From Candidatus Micrarchaeota archaeon (lineage in GTDB: Archaea; Micrarchaeota; Micrarchaeia; Anstonellales; Bilamarchaeaceae), in the NCBI GenBank assembly GCA_013425375.1, contig JACCLH010000009.1, positions 1 to 44,810 of the forward strand: DNA of 44,810 bases, read 5' to 3'. Shown here in pieces: positions 35,022-44,782 of this stretch. A model generated the notes under the pieces. The model saw only the letters and a program-made list of their open reading frames with translations, ran no database searches and was not told the origin of the DNA. Every line of letters begins with the position of its first letter. Position 1 is the first letter of the stretch. A program made the translations under genes and the position numbers.

Positions 35022-35519
35022 TCATTTCCGTGACAGGAAGAGCGCCGCTCCGAGAAGCGCAGGAAGGATGGCTGCAGGCAAACAACCCCCAGAGCCGCTC
35101 GAGCCGCTTTGCGCCAATATCGTTCCTGTCCCAGCGTCTATCGTTATGTCATATTTGTCATAACTCGCAGCGAACGCTACATCTCCAGTCCTCACTGTCT
35201 TGCCATCAATCTCATAAGAGAAATGGCCTTCAGGGAAGCTGAAGCAGGTGTTGAACTTGTAATACCACTGCTGGTCGTTGGTGCAGACGCCGTTGTTGCA
35301 GGAAAAGTTCACCGGGTAAGGGTCGATGGCGTTTTCCTGGTACGTCTCATTCGTTCCCATGCAATGATAGGTTATCTCTGTAACCGTTGAAACCGGCTGT
35401 CCGTCCTTCACAAGATGGACAACGACCTTCGGCGCAGTCGGAGACGGACCGACATCAGCATAACACAGCGGCAGAACCAGAAGGACCATTATCATTATCA
35501 CACGGATGATGGGTTTCAT
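35022..35519 (-). CDS. Secreted Cys-containing beta-rich protein with a Gly/Ser linker and a Cys-PAA C-terminal anchor
   Basis: Start trimmed to ATG 35519 (GGGAGGTG 7 nt upstream; the track start at 35543 is TTG). Leader MKPIIRVIMIMVLLVLPLCYA. C-terminus SGSSGSGGCLPAAILPALLGAALFLSRK. Confidence 0.7.
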   Translation of the reverse strand: MKPIIRVIMIMVLLVLPLCYADVGPSPTAPKVVVHLVKDGQPVSTVTEITYHCMGTNETYQENAIDPYPVNFSCNNGVCTNDQQWYYKFNTCFSFPEGHFSYEIDGKTVRTGDVAFAASYDKYDITIDAGTGTILAQSGSSGSGGCLPAAILPALLGAALFLSRK

Positions 35520-35543
35520 GGGTAATACACCTCCCGATATCAA

Positions 35544-37517
35544 TTAAAGGTAGCTGCTAATGTCGTTCCTTTTCATCACCAGGTAGGTCATCAGCGCAGC
35601 CAGAAGCACGAAATAGGACAGCAGCGCCATCATATCCACGGTCGGGTCTCCGTTCGTTATCAGCACGACCTTGAATATGCTCGTCACATGGGCCAATGGA
35701 AGCAACTGCTGGAGTATCTGGGTATACGCAGGCAGCAGGTCAGGCGAGAAGATTATATTCCCCAGGAAAAGCATCGGTATCGCAAGGATGAGGCAGCTCT
35801 GTATGGCCATGGATTCACTTTTCGCGAAGAAGCCCACGAGGACCCCTATGGAGGAGAGCACAAGTGACGATACAGCTGCCCCAGCCAGGAGCATCGCAAT
35901 GTCCCCGGGCGGTCTCACCCCGAAAAGCACCAGCGCCACCAGCAATATCACAGCTATCTGTCCGAAGGAAAGCAGCACAAGAGTTACCACCTTACCTATC
36001 ACAAGGTTGACCATGCCGCCAGGCACCATAAGCGCCCTCATTATCGTCTTTCTCTGCTTCTCCCTGACCAGGCTTATGGAGCCCAGGAGGAAGCAAGAGA
36101 ACAGCAGCGATATCGCTATTATCTGCGGCATGATGAAATCCACATAACTTATCCTCTCGTATTGGTTCTCCACCTTCACCGAGAGCGGAGAGGCGATTAT
36201 TCCAGGGTCCTTACCAGTCTGCTCAGCGACAGTCTGTTGGAGCGAAGCTATCAGCCTGTCCACAGAAGCTGTCTGCTCCAGTGCCCCGTCCAGGGTGCCT
36301 TCTATATCCGACATGGTCGCGCTGACGCTGGTCATAAGGCCTTTCAGGTTGACTATCTGCGCCTGCGCGCCGCTGAAGGAGGCATTAAGGTCATGAAGGC
36401 TCTCTGAAGCCTCATCAAGGGCCGCTTCCATGGCTGCACTATCGTTCGCCATGGTCTGCGCCTCATCTATACGTACCGAGTACTCAGATAGCTGCTGGGA
36501 GAACGACTGCAGGGTGGCATTGAGCGTCTCCAGCTCCGCAATCTGCTGTCCGGTCGCATTCAACTGGCTTTCTGCCCTGCCCCTCAATGAGGTCAATGCA
36601 GCGATGTTGAGCCCCAGGGCGACCTTGACCGTGTTATCGGTAGTCGTATCCCTTATCGTCTGGAGGGCGAGTATGGAAGCGTCAAGCTCATCTATAGTGT
36701 TCTCCAGTTCATTTTCCTGCTCTGTCAGGTTGCCATGGGCATTCCCGACAGCTACTATAGATTCATCGAGTGCGATACTTGCGTTCTGGACAAAGTTGCT
36801 GCTTTCCACAAGCAGCGCAAGGTTCCTTTCGCTTGCGTTCGCAAGCGCAGACTTCTGGGTGCCGAGCGCTCCCTGCAGCCTCACGGATTCTGCAGCCGCC
36901 TGCGCCATGGACGCCTCCAAAGAGCCGATATCAGTCCCTGCCATGTCCTGCTTTATGGCAGCCAGGCTCTCCTTTGTATCCTCCATCTCAGCTCTGGTGG
37001 CCTCTATATCCGCAGCCAGCGAAGCCGCTGATTGGTTGAGCGCGTACAGCTCTTCCCAGGCTGTTGATATGTACGCCTGTGTGATATTGGTGGAGGATGC
37101 CTCTATGACAGAAGACATGGCGGCTATGACCGCCTGCTCAAGGGCAAGGTCGGAGTTGTCCACCCTGACTGTTATCTGCGCCCCACCACCGCTCAAAAGT
37201 GACTGGTCGAAATCATCAGGCACAGATATAACAGCCCTGAGCCTGCCGTTCCTGAATTCCTCCATGGCCGCTGCCTCTGTGTCAAAAGCCCTAAGCTTGA
37301 ATGCCTGGGACTCTCCAAGGCCGCTGAAGAGCATGGATGCGAATGTAGTATTAGTCGCCCCTGCTATGCCTATGGGCAGGCCGTTTATCTCCATGGAGCG
37401 GAACGAGCTCCCCATGAAGACCATGACGAAAACAGGGAAAACGAACAGCACAAGGAGCACTGTGCGGTCGTGGGAAAGCTCAAGTATCTCCTTCTTTATG
37501 GATGAGAGGATCTTCAT
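35544..37517 (-). CDS. ABC-2-type transporter permease with a ~300-aa YhgE/Pip-like extracytoplasmic coiled-coil insert
   Basis: 657 aa: one N-terminal TM, a long A/S/E/L-rich helical region, then five C-terminal TM helices of the ABC-2 type. The ATG directly follows the ATPase stop (TGAATG). Confidence 0.85.
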   Translation of the reverse strand: MKILSSIKKEILELSHDRTVLLVLFVFPVFVMVFMGSSFRSMEINGLPIGIAGATNTTFASMLFSGLGESQAFKLRAFDTEAAAMEEFRNGRLRAVISVPDDFDQSLLSGGGAQITVRVDNSDLALEQAVIAAMSSVIEASSTNITQAYISTAWEELYALNQSAASLAADIEATRAEMEDTKESLAAIKQDMAGTDIGSLEASMAQAAAESVRLQGALGTQKSALANASERNLALLVESSNFVQNASIALDESIVAVGNAHGNLTEQENELENTIDELDASILALQTIRDTTTDNTVKVALGLNIAALTSLRGRAESQLNATGQQIAELETLNATLQSFSQQLSEYSVRIDEAQTMANDSAAMEAALDEASESLHDLNASFSGAQAQIVNLKGLMTSVSATMSDIEGTLDGALEQTASVDRLIASLQQTVAEQTGKDPGIIASPLSVKVENQYERISYVDFIMPQIIAISLLFSCFLLGSISLVREKQRKTIMRALMVPGGMVNLVIGKVVTLVLLSFGQIAVILLVALVLFGVRPPGDIAMLLAGAAVSSLVLSSIGVLVGFFAKSESMAIQSCLILAIPMLFLGNIIFSPDLLPAYTQILQQLLPLAHVTSIFKVVLITNGDPTVDMMALLSYFVLLAALMTYLVMKRNDISSYL

Positions 37518-38246
37518 TCATACCACCGGTTTCATCAGATGCGCGAAGACATCCTCCATCTGCTTGAGCTTGTAACGCTCCTTCAGCTCCTTTGGCGTGC
37601 CGCTCGCGACTATGCGGCCTGAGAACATGATGGCCACCCTGTTGCACAGCCGTTCCACTTCCTCCATGTAATGCGATGTTATGATTATCGTCTTGCCTGA
37701 TTTGTTGAGCTCTTCTATGACCACCCATATCTCCTTCCTGACGATAGGATCCAGGCCCACTGTGGGTTCATCCAGGAAAACTATCTTCGGGTCATGGACC
37801 AGCGAGCAGGCCATGTTCAGCCTTTTCTTCATACCTCCGGAAAGCTTGGAAGACAGGGCGTCTGCCTTGTCTGTCAGCCTCATCTGGCCGAGCAGCGTTT
37901 TGACTATGGCCGCGGTCTCTTTGCCTGGCACCCCTGCCTGGGATGCGAAGAACTCAAGGTTCTCCTTCACGGTCAGCGTTTCATAGAACGAGTTCTCCTG
38001 GGTGATGAATCCTATCTCTGGTTTTGAGCGCCTCATCTCCTTATCGCTCTTCCCAAGTATGGTCACAGAACCAGAAGAAGGCGGAAGCAGGCCAGACAGC
38101 ATGTTGAACGTGGTGGTCTTGCCAGAACCATTGGCACCGAGCAGCCCGAATATCTCACCTTGTTCCACTGTGAATGATATCCGGTCCACGATTATCTTCT
38201 CGCCCACCACTTTAGCGAGTTCGCTGACAACCACTGCGTCTCCCAT
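37518..38246 (-). CDS. ABC transporter ATP-binding protein
   Basis: Walker A GANGSGKTT, signature LSGGMKKRL, Walker B VFLDEPTVGLD, H-loop SHYMEE. Confidence 0.95.
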   Translation of the reverse strand: MGDAVVVSELAKVVGEKIIVDRISFTVEQGEIFGLLGANGSGKTTTFNMLSGLLPPSSGSVTILGKSDKEMRRSKPEIGFITQENSFYETLTVKENLEFFASQAGVPGKETAAIVKTLLGQMRLTDKADALSSKLSGGMKKRLNMACSLVHDPKIVFLDEPTVGLDPIVRKEIWVVIEELNKSGKTIIITSHYMEEVERLCNRVAIMFSGRIVASGTPKELKERYKLKQMEDVFAHLMKPVV

Positions 38247-38314
38247 ATGGAATCAACGACAGTTGCCGATATAAATCTTTCCTGCGCAAGAATGATACAG
38301 GTGGGAGAATACAG

Positions 38315-39229
38315 GTGGAAAAACCGCACGTTGATTTCAAGTATGCTGAGGACAGCATAAGGAAAGGCTCCAAGACCTTCCACTTCGCGTGCCAAGCCAT
38401 GAGCAGGGAGCGCCGCAACGCGGTCTATGCCATTTACGCATTCTGCAGGCACACCGACAACCTCATAGACGACAATGACGGCAAGCCAGCTCTCCAGCAC
38501 ATGCTCATAAAAGACTGGAAGACGAGGTTCCTGGAGGCCTACAAGAGAGGGTTCTCCACAGACCCCATACTCAGCCCGTTCATCCACATCCTGAAGAAGT
38601 ACAACATCCCGCTCCGCTACCCGCTGGACCTCATCAAAGGCGTCAGCATGGACATCGGCAAGAAGGAGTACGCCACATTCCGTGACCTCAGGCGCTACTG
38701 CTACCGGGTCGCATCAGTGGTCGGCCTCATGCTGATACATGTCCTTGGCCTGGACAGCAATATCAAGAAGGCCAGCAGGTACGCCATAAAGCTCGGCATA
38801 GCCATGCAGCTCACCAACATCCTCCGCGACGTTGGAGAGGATGCGCGGATGGGCCGGGTGTACTTTCCGAAGGACGAGCTCGCCAGGTTCGGGCTTTCCA
38901 TATCAGACATACTGTCCTTCCGCCACAGCGCAGGCCTCATAGACTTCCTGAAGTTCCAGGTGGAGCGCGCAAGGCGCTACTACGAGGAAGCGCTGAACGG
39001 TTTCGCGGCCATGCGCAAAGAAGCCGGGGTCGTCATCGTCCTTGCGCTTACCCTGTACCGCGAGATACTCGCAGTGATAGAGGAGAACCAGTACGAGGTC
39101 TATACGAAACGCGCGTGCGTCAACTTCTTCCGCAAGGTCGTAATCTACTTCAAGATAATCCTGTTCGGCTATCCGCAGCCCCAGCTGCATCTATCTTATC
39201 TTTCCGCAGCACCTATTCCCTCAGTTTGA
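38315..39229 (+). CDS. Phytoene/squalene synthase family protein
   Basis: GTG start. SKTFHFA...YAIYAFCRHTDNLIDD (first Asp-rich motif) and QLTNILRDVGEDARMGRVYFP (second). Confidence 0.85.
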   Translation: MEKPHVDFKYAEDSIRKGSKTFHFACQAMSRERRNAVYAIYAFCRHTDNLIDDNDGKPALQHMLIKDWKTRFLEAYKRGFSTDPILSPFIHILKKYNIPLRYPLDLIKGVSMDIGKKEYATFRDLRRYCYRVASVVGLMLIHVLGLDSNIKKASRYAIKLGIAMQLTNILRDVGEDARMGRVYFPKDELARFGLSISDILSFRHSAGLIDFLKFQVERARRYYEEALNGFAAMRKEAGVVIVLALTLYREILAVIEENQYEVYTKRACVNFFRKVVIYFKIILFGYPQPQLHLSYLSAAPIPSV

Positions 39230-40244
39230 ACTTCAGCAATGCGGCTATCTTCCCGAATCCTTTCAGTTTCGCGCCTGCATCGCCTTCTGAGGAGAAGATG
39301 ACTATCTCAGCCTTATTAGTATCAGCCATATCAACGACAGCTTCTGCTTCCTTGTCCTTGCGCAGGTATTCGTCCAGCACAAGGATTTTCTTCACAGCGT
39401 ATGCCTCAGCCGCCTTCCTAACTTCAACAAGGCCGTAGACTGCCCTTCCAGTGTCCTTGTACACTTCTGTGAGCAGCTCCTCCATCAGCTTCATCTCTGT
39501 CTCGAACCGCTCCTCGCCCATTATCTTCTCTATGATGCCCTTGTTGAACAGCTCGTTCACTCCGCTCCGTTCGGCATAGCTCACATTCTCGAAAACAATC
39601 CTTTTCAGCAGTTCCGGCTTCCTTTTGGTTATGAACGCCTTGAGGTTGTCCTTGGCGAACCCGGGCCCGGCCACGATGAACTTCTCAGGCTGCCTGTCTA
39701 TCTCTGCCATTATCTTGCCGAAATACTCCATCTCGGCCTTCTCGTAGTCGTCGCCTTTCTTGCTACCTGAACTATAGAACTCTGCCCCGTAATCCACCCC
39801 ATAAGCCCTCAACATCGCGTTCAGGGCCTTCTCCTCGTCCATCACGATTATCCTTATCTTCGGCCTCTTGGACTCCTTCTCGGCTTCCTGGAGCCTCTTT
39901 ATCTCATGGTTCTTCCATATTTTCGTGATCTTGAGCCTGTCTCCTGTCCCTACATCTATCGTGTGGTGCCTTCCCATCTGGACATATTCCTCTGGTTCTC
40001 CCCAGACTATAGGCCCCAATATCCTCAGCCTGTTGGCAGACTTGGCGAACTCCACCCGTTCTGTCTTCACCCTTATGATGACAGGCTTCTTCTCCTCTTT
40101 CGTCCCGACCTTGTAGGTGCGCATGGTGTGCGCTTCCACCTCATCGCCCGGCCCGATTATCTTGTCCAGGTGCCACATATCATCCAGTGTGTCTATCTGC
40201 AATTTCATCTCGCCGGTCTTCCTGTCTAGGTGGACAATCCTCAT
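39213..40244 (-). CDS. pelA: mRNA surveillance/ribosome rescue factor Pelota
   Basis: 343 aa. MRIVHLDRKTGEMKLQIDTLDDMWHLDKII.PGD, with central and eRF1-like C-terminal domains (IVAGPGFAKD). Confidence 0.93.
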   Translation of the reverse strand: MRIVHLDRKTGEMKLQIDTLDDMWHLDKIIGPGDEVEAHTMRTYKVGTKEEKKPVIIRVKTERVEFAKSANRLRILGPIVWGEPEEYVQMGRHHTIDVGTGDRLKITKIWKNHEIKRLQEAEKESKRPKIRIIVMDEEKALNAMLRAYGVDYGAEFYSSGSKKGDDYEKAEMEYFGKIMAEIDRQPEKFIVAGPGFAKDNLKAFITKRKPELLKRIVFENVSYAERSGVNELFNKGIIEKIMGEERFETEMKLMEELLTEVYKDTGRAVYGLVEVRKAAEAYAVKKILVLDEYLRKDKEAEAVVDMADTNKAEIVIFSSEGDAGAKLKGFGKIAALLKFKLRE

Positions 40245-40248
40245 CTAT

Positions 40249-40794
40249 TCATCCCTGGCTACTATTCTCGTATGCTTTTATTATCCCTTCAAGGGTTTTG
40301 TTGATGTTGAACCTGTCGGTTAATATGGTGTCGTTTACCAGCGCCTGCGGCACGAACATCTGCTGATTGGAGAGGTTGTGCTGCGCTGCGAAATCCCGAT
40401 AAGCCTCGCCTCCGCTCGCGTTCGCCAGGTCATACTCCAACCACAGCACTTCCGGATAATCCGCCTCGAGACTGTCTATCTCAGGTCTCAGGACCTTGCA
40501 TGCTGAACAGCCTGAGGAATGGAAATAATAGACGATTAGCCGGCCATCCGGTGTTGTCACGTTAGAGAAATTGAATTCGACATCCACGACTTCAGGAAAA
40601 GTTGTATTGGTGTTCATCACATCAGAGACATTCCGCTCGAAATAAAGGCCGCTGGTGTTGACGTAGGGCCATTCATCGATAGCGCTTCCACTACCCGAAC
40701 CCGTGGTATCCGCAATTGTTTGGGTTGTGTTTGTTTCCTGCGCCAGGCATCCGAAGGCGAGCAGCAGAACCACAGCGATGGCTAATATCCTCAT
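40249..40794 (-). CDS. Secreted thioredoxin-fold thiol-disulfide oxidoreductase
   Basis: Signal peptide MRILAIAVVLLLAFGCLA and CxxC in YYFHSSGCSACKVLRPE. It ends 4 nt before pelota. Confidence 0.75.
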   Translation of the reverse strand: MRILAIAVVLLLAFGCLAQETNTTQTIADTTGSGSGSAIDEWPYVNTSGLYFERNVSDVMNTNTTFPEVVDVEFNFSNVTTPDGRLIVYYFHSSGCSACKVLRPEIDSLEADYPEVLWLEYDLANASGGEAYRDFAAQHNLSNQQMFVPQALVNDTILTDRFNINKTLEGIIKAYENSSQG

Positions 40795-41008
40795 GCAGAA
40801 ATATGGGTGCGGAACGGTTTATAGCCTAATTCCACTGGTCTGTGACCGGCAGTCCCGAGCGCCAGTTAACTATTTATATCATGTCTATGCGCTCAGACCA
40901 ATGGCATGTGGCAATCCACATCCGATTTATGTTTTTATGTAGATAAACGGCGTACTATCTACTAAAAACATAAATAAGTCCCCGAAAGATATCGTTTGGG
41001 GGGATGTC

Positions 41009-44000
41009 ATGGGCAACTCTGCTCTTATTTTCGCATTTCTGCTTCTTGTCTCAGTGGCGTCAGCATCTTTTTTCCAAAGGCCCTGGGAGAGCCAGAGCTG
41101 GATAGCCAAAAACCCGAACATCTGGAGCTACGGCATAGAATACTGGTGGAACCTTCCTGAGCTTGATAAAACCATCTCCAGCATTGAGAACGAGCCCATC
41201 ACTGGTCTTAGCATGAACGGCAGTGCGGCAAAATACTCTGCCCAATCCGCAGAGGCCCGCCTTGAATCAAGGCAGGATAAGGACCATTGCATCTATGCCG
41301 TGACAGCAGCCATAGGGGGTTTCCCGGCAGCTCCGATAACCCTTTTCATCTCTGCCTTTGCAGAAGGCATAGGTTGCATCTCCTACCATGCCGACTGGAC
41401 CAATGCAGTGGGCTCCTCTCTTTCTACGCTTGAGAGCAGCATGGCAGAATCTGACAAAGCCATAGACGCAGCGCGGAACGCATACGACCGCATCGTTTTC
41501 ATGGGCATATGCGGCAGCGATTACACAGGCCCTGGGACAGAGGATTGCGCAGAACTCTCCAGCGCCTTCGCCAGCATCGACAATAACATAACCGAAGGCA
41601 GATATGGCAAGTACCATATCATGCTCGGCCATGCCTCCATCATCCGGCAAGAGCTTGCCATGCCTGTGCCGGACCTGTCGCTCTATGGAACCATGATGAA
41701 ACTCGTGTGGGACGAGGATGGCGTCATAGACCTGTTCGGCTCGGCTGCTGCCATGGCTAAGAAGGCAGAGTCTGATGCAGAAACAGAGTTCAAATCCAGG
41801 CTGGCCAGTGCCCAGAGCCACAAAGCGACTGCAGAGAAAACCATATCCGGCCTTGAGGCAGAAGACCTCGCGCTCATAGAGAGCATGCCTGCTGGCTTTG
41901 AGGTCCGGAAGACCGGGTCTGTGAAGGAGAAGCTGGCAGGCCTTGAAAAAGAGAGCGCGTCCCTCAACCAGGCGCTAGCAGAGGCGGTTCTGTGGCATGG
42001 CAGGACCACGCGGCAGGGTTATCTGGCCGCAGCATTAGAAGGCGTTGAAGAAGCAGATGAAGGATATTCAGGGCTCATACTAGAAGCCTCTGACCTTCGC
42101 ACCGAGGCAGAGACTGCAGTCGAGCAGCAGAAAGAGGAAGCAGAGCGTGAGCTGGAGGATACCCGCCGGTTCTCCCAATCAGGAGAGGCTGGCCCTGATA
42201 TGCAAGAGCTGCTCTCAGAAGCAGAGGGCTATTTCTCTGATGGGGAGGCCGCCTCCACGCTCGGTTCTGCCTTTGCCCTTTATTCAAGGGCCGCTGCCCT
42301 TGCGCGCTCTGCCAGGGAAAGCAATTATGCTGAAGAGCTCGGTTCGGTCTCTGCCCTGGCCGAGCTCGAGGACCTCATAGCCCGTGCCGAGAAGGACGGC
42401 ATAAACGTCCTGGAGGAGAAGGAGGCCCTCGCCCTCATGGAGCAGCTGCCGCCATTCCAGACCGAGGAGCATACCGGGCAGGCCATTGCCACCATCATCT
42501 CCAAGGCCCGTGTGATGTACGAGGACGGGTTCCTCAGCGCAAGGGCTCGCATATACGACGAGCTTTCGCTCGCAGGGCCGGATGCGGCTGACCTAAGCAC
42601 TGATATGGCAAGATGCGAGGAAGGGCTTGTCAGCGACAGCGGAATAGAGATGCCGAAAGCCATCGGCTCATTGAAGGTCCTGGCTGCCGCCTATGCGAAG
42701 ATAGAATCCTCACTTGACCAGTACTCCTCGCAGACTGTCGGCAATGCGATGTCTGCAAGTGCGCGGCCTCTGATAACCGATGTGCGGCTGGACGAGCCGG
42801 CAGAAGTGATCCTGGACGTTGTTCTCGCGAACGACCGGCCCTACAACGCCAGCAACGTAGAGGTGCGGGTATCCATACCGGCGCCTCTTCCATTCCTTTA
42901 CTCTGATATCACGAGCGGAAAAGAGGGTGTTTCCAGTCTCAGGATGGAAAACGGCGACACGACTTTGGTGTTTGTCTTTCCAATAATCAAACCATTCGAT
43001 TCCAAGCGCATAATCCTAGAGAAAAACATGGTGCTGGCCCGCACAGTGGAGCGCAGTAGCTCCGCAGAGGGCATAGGGGACGGAAGCGCCCTGGTTAAAG
43101 AGGAGATAACATTCGAGCTTGACAGCGGCATCGACAGCCTCGTCCTTCCGCATGGGATGGAGGAAGCGACTGTGGACGGTTTGCCATCCCAAAGGCCATT
43201 GGCAGAGGGGAAGCACACGCTGCTGTCCGAACGCACAGAATACGATGCCTATTCCGAGTCCATCGCTAATGTCCGCTCCTATCCACTCGGTCCAAGCGCC
43301 AGGATAGAGTATGACATCCGCATCACTCCGAATATGGACCTCACCAGCGTGCCGATGCTGATAGACAGCCTGAATGATTCACGCATATCCGCATTCACGC
43401 TGTCATCAGTGACTGGCGAGCCTGTGAAAGACAGCGAGCGTGTCTCAGAGACGCAGCTCGTATGCCGCGTTTTCAGCCTGAAGGAAGGCAAGACCGCAGT
43501 GTTGAAGATCGGCTACACTGTCGAGGATACAGGCCCTTTCGTCTATCAGCAGATAGACCAGCTGGAAGGCGGAAACATGAGCACCGGAGCGCTGGAACTG
43601 CTAGAACAGGCCCGGTCGCAGGCAGACTCAGGAAATTACAGCAAGGCGCTTGAGCTTCTGGAGAAATCCAGGGCAGTCATCAAACAGGACTCCCAGGAAA
43701 CCGCCAAGCTCGCTGCCCGTTGCGATGATATGGTCGCGAGAATCACAACTGAGCTGGAGGACATAGACAAAACCCTGCAATCATCCAACGTGAGCACGCC
43801 GTTCATGGAGAAGGTCCTGGCAAGGAAAACCGAGCTTGAACGGGTGCTGGCGGACAGCGAAGGCCTCAACCTAACTGAGAAGTCAGAAGCCCTCGGTAAT
43901 GTGGACTACAACTGGCTTGGCAAGGAGCTCAACAGCTTCAGGAAGCAGGCATACACCGAATATAATGACCTGAAGGCCCGCTTCTTCGCAGCAGGCAACT

Positions 44001-44782
44001 CAACGACTCCGGAAGCCTTCCTGGAGTTCGAGGCCGCGCTCCACAGGCTGGACAGCGGAGCCAGGCTGGAATATGCAGGAGAAGTATCAGATGCGCTTTC
44101 TGAGGTCAGGCGTCTTGTGGAAGCCGAGGAGAAGCTAGCCGAATCCGGCAAATCAGACCTCAGGAGGGTTTTTGATTCCGCGGAATCCGACCTCAATGAG
44201 GTTCTGGGACGGTACAGCAAGCAGGCTGCGGCAGCCAAGGGCACTGATTACAGCGGCCTTTTCACAGAGAGCGAAACCAAGACATCCAAACTGCTTGCTG
44301 ATACGAAATCCGCGCTATCAGGAGATCCCAGGGTCGTCCTGGCGAATCTCCAGAATCTCAACCGCTCGATGGCGCGGATGGAGCTCATACTCGGTTCGCT
44401 GAAGAATGAAAGCGAGACCAAGCTCCTATTGCTGGAGCATCTTCTGGAGGCCAGCAAGCTCGATGCCGCCAAAAAGGCGGAATTCGCGCAAAAACTGGAG
44501 GGGATGAGGGGTATGATATCGTCAGGGGAATACGTGAATGCGCTGAGGGCAGGAAGCACCATAGCCAAGGATATGGAAGGCGGCGGGCAGGGTGATGACA
44601 GCGGCCTTGCGGTGCTCGGATTGAGCGCTGTGGCGATACTCGCAGGCATCACCTTCTTCATAATGCGGCAGGAACCGAAGAAGGAACTGCGCAAGCTGCC
44701 ATCATCAAAGGAGCTCTTCAGGCCAGCGCAGGAAAAGCCTTCAGAAGGTCCAAAAGAGCCTGGACCTGAGCCCCAGGTCTGA
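41009..44782 (+). CDS. Large (1257 aa) acidic, mostly alpha-helical surface protein with a signal peptide and a C-terminal TM anchor
   Basis: Leader MGNSALIFAFLLLVSVASA, long A/E/L/S-rich helical regions flanking a central beta-like region, TM LAVLGLSAVAILAGITFFIM and a K/E/P-rich cytoplasmic tail. GGGGGGAT lies upstream of the ATG. Confidence 0.8.
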   Translation: MGNSALIFAFLLLVSVASASFFQRPWESQSWIAKNPNIWSYGIEYWWNLPELDKTISSIENEPITGLSMNGSAAKYSAQSAEARLESRQDKDHCIYAVTAAIGGFPAAPITLFISAFAEGIGCISYHADWTNAVGSSLSTLESSMAESDKAIDAARNAYDRIVFMGICGSDYTGPGTEDCAELSSAFASIDNNITEGRYGKYHIMLGHASIIRQELAMPVPDLSLYGTMMKLVWDEDGVIDLFGSAAAMAKKAESDAETEFKSRLASAQSHKATAEKTISGLEAEDLALIESMPAGFEVRKTGSVKEKLAGLEKESASLNQALAEAVLWHGRTTRQGYLAAALEGVEEADEGYSGLILEASDLRTEAETAVEQQKEEAERELEDTRRFSQSGEAGPDMQELLSEAEGYFSDGEAASTLGSAFALYSRAAALARSARESNYAEELGSVSALAELEDLIARAEKDGINVLEEKEALALMEQLPPFQTEEHTGQAIATIISKARVMYEDGFLSARARIYDELSLAGPDAADLSTDMARCEEGLVSDSGIEMPKAIGSLKVLAAAYAKIESSLDQYSSQTVGNAMSASARPLITDVRLDEPAEVILDVVLANDRPYNASNVEVRVSIPAPLPFLYSDITSGKEGVSSLRMENGDTTLVFVFPIIKPFDSKRIILEKNMVLARTVERSSSAEGIGDGSALVKEEITFELDSGIDSLVLPHGMEEATVDGLPSQRPLAEGKHTLLSERTEYDAYSESIANVRSYPLGPSARIEYDIRITPNMDLTSVPMLIDSLNDSRISAFTLSSVTGEPVKDSERVSETQLVCRVFSLKEGKTAVLKIGYTVEDTGPFVYQQIDQLEGGNMSTGALELLEQARSQADSGNYSKALELLEKSRAVIKQDSQETAKLAARCDDMVARITTELEDIDKTLQSSNVSTPFMEKVLARKTELERVLADSEGLNLTEKSEALGNVDYNWLGKELNSFRKQAYTEYNDLKARFFAAGNSTTPEAFLEFEAALHRLDSGARLEYAGEVSDALSEVRRLVEAEEKLAESGKSDLRRVFDSAESDLNEVLGRYSKQAAAAKGTDYSGLFTESETKTSKLLADTKSALSGDPRVVLANLQNLNRSMARMELILGSLKNESETKLLLLEHLLEASKLDAAKKAEFAQKLEGMRGMISSGEYVNALRAGSTIAKDMEGGGQGDDSGLAVLGLSAVAILAGITFFIMRQEPKKELRKLPSSKELFRPAQEKPSEGPKEPGPEPQV

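Noticed and set aside
36430-37575. 381-aa plus-strand ORF
   Set aside because: It is antisense to the ABC-2 permease coiled-coil region. The S/A-rich low-complexity translation is the mirror of the A/E/L/S-rich coiled coil. It has no start context and crosses the permease/ATPase junction.
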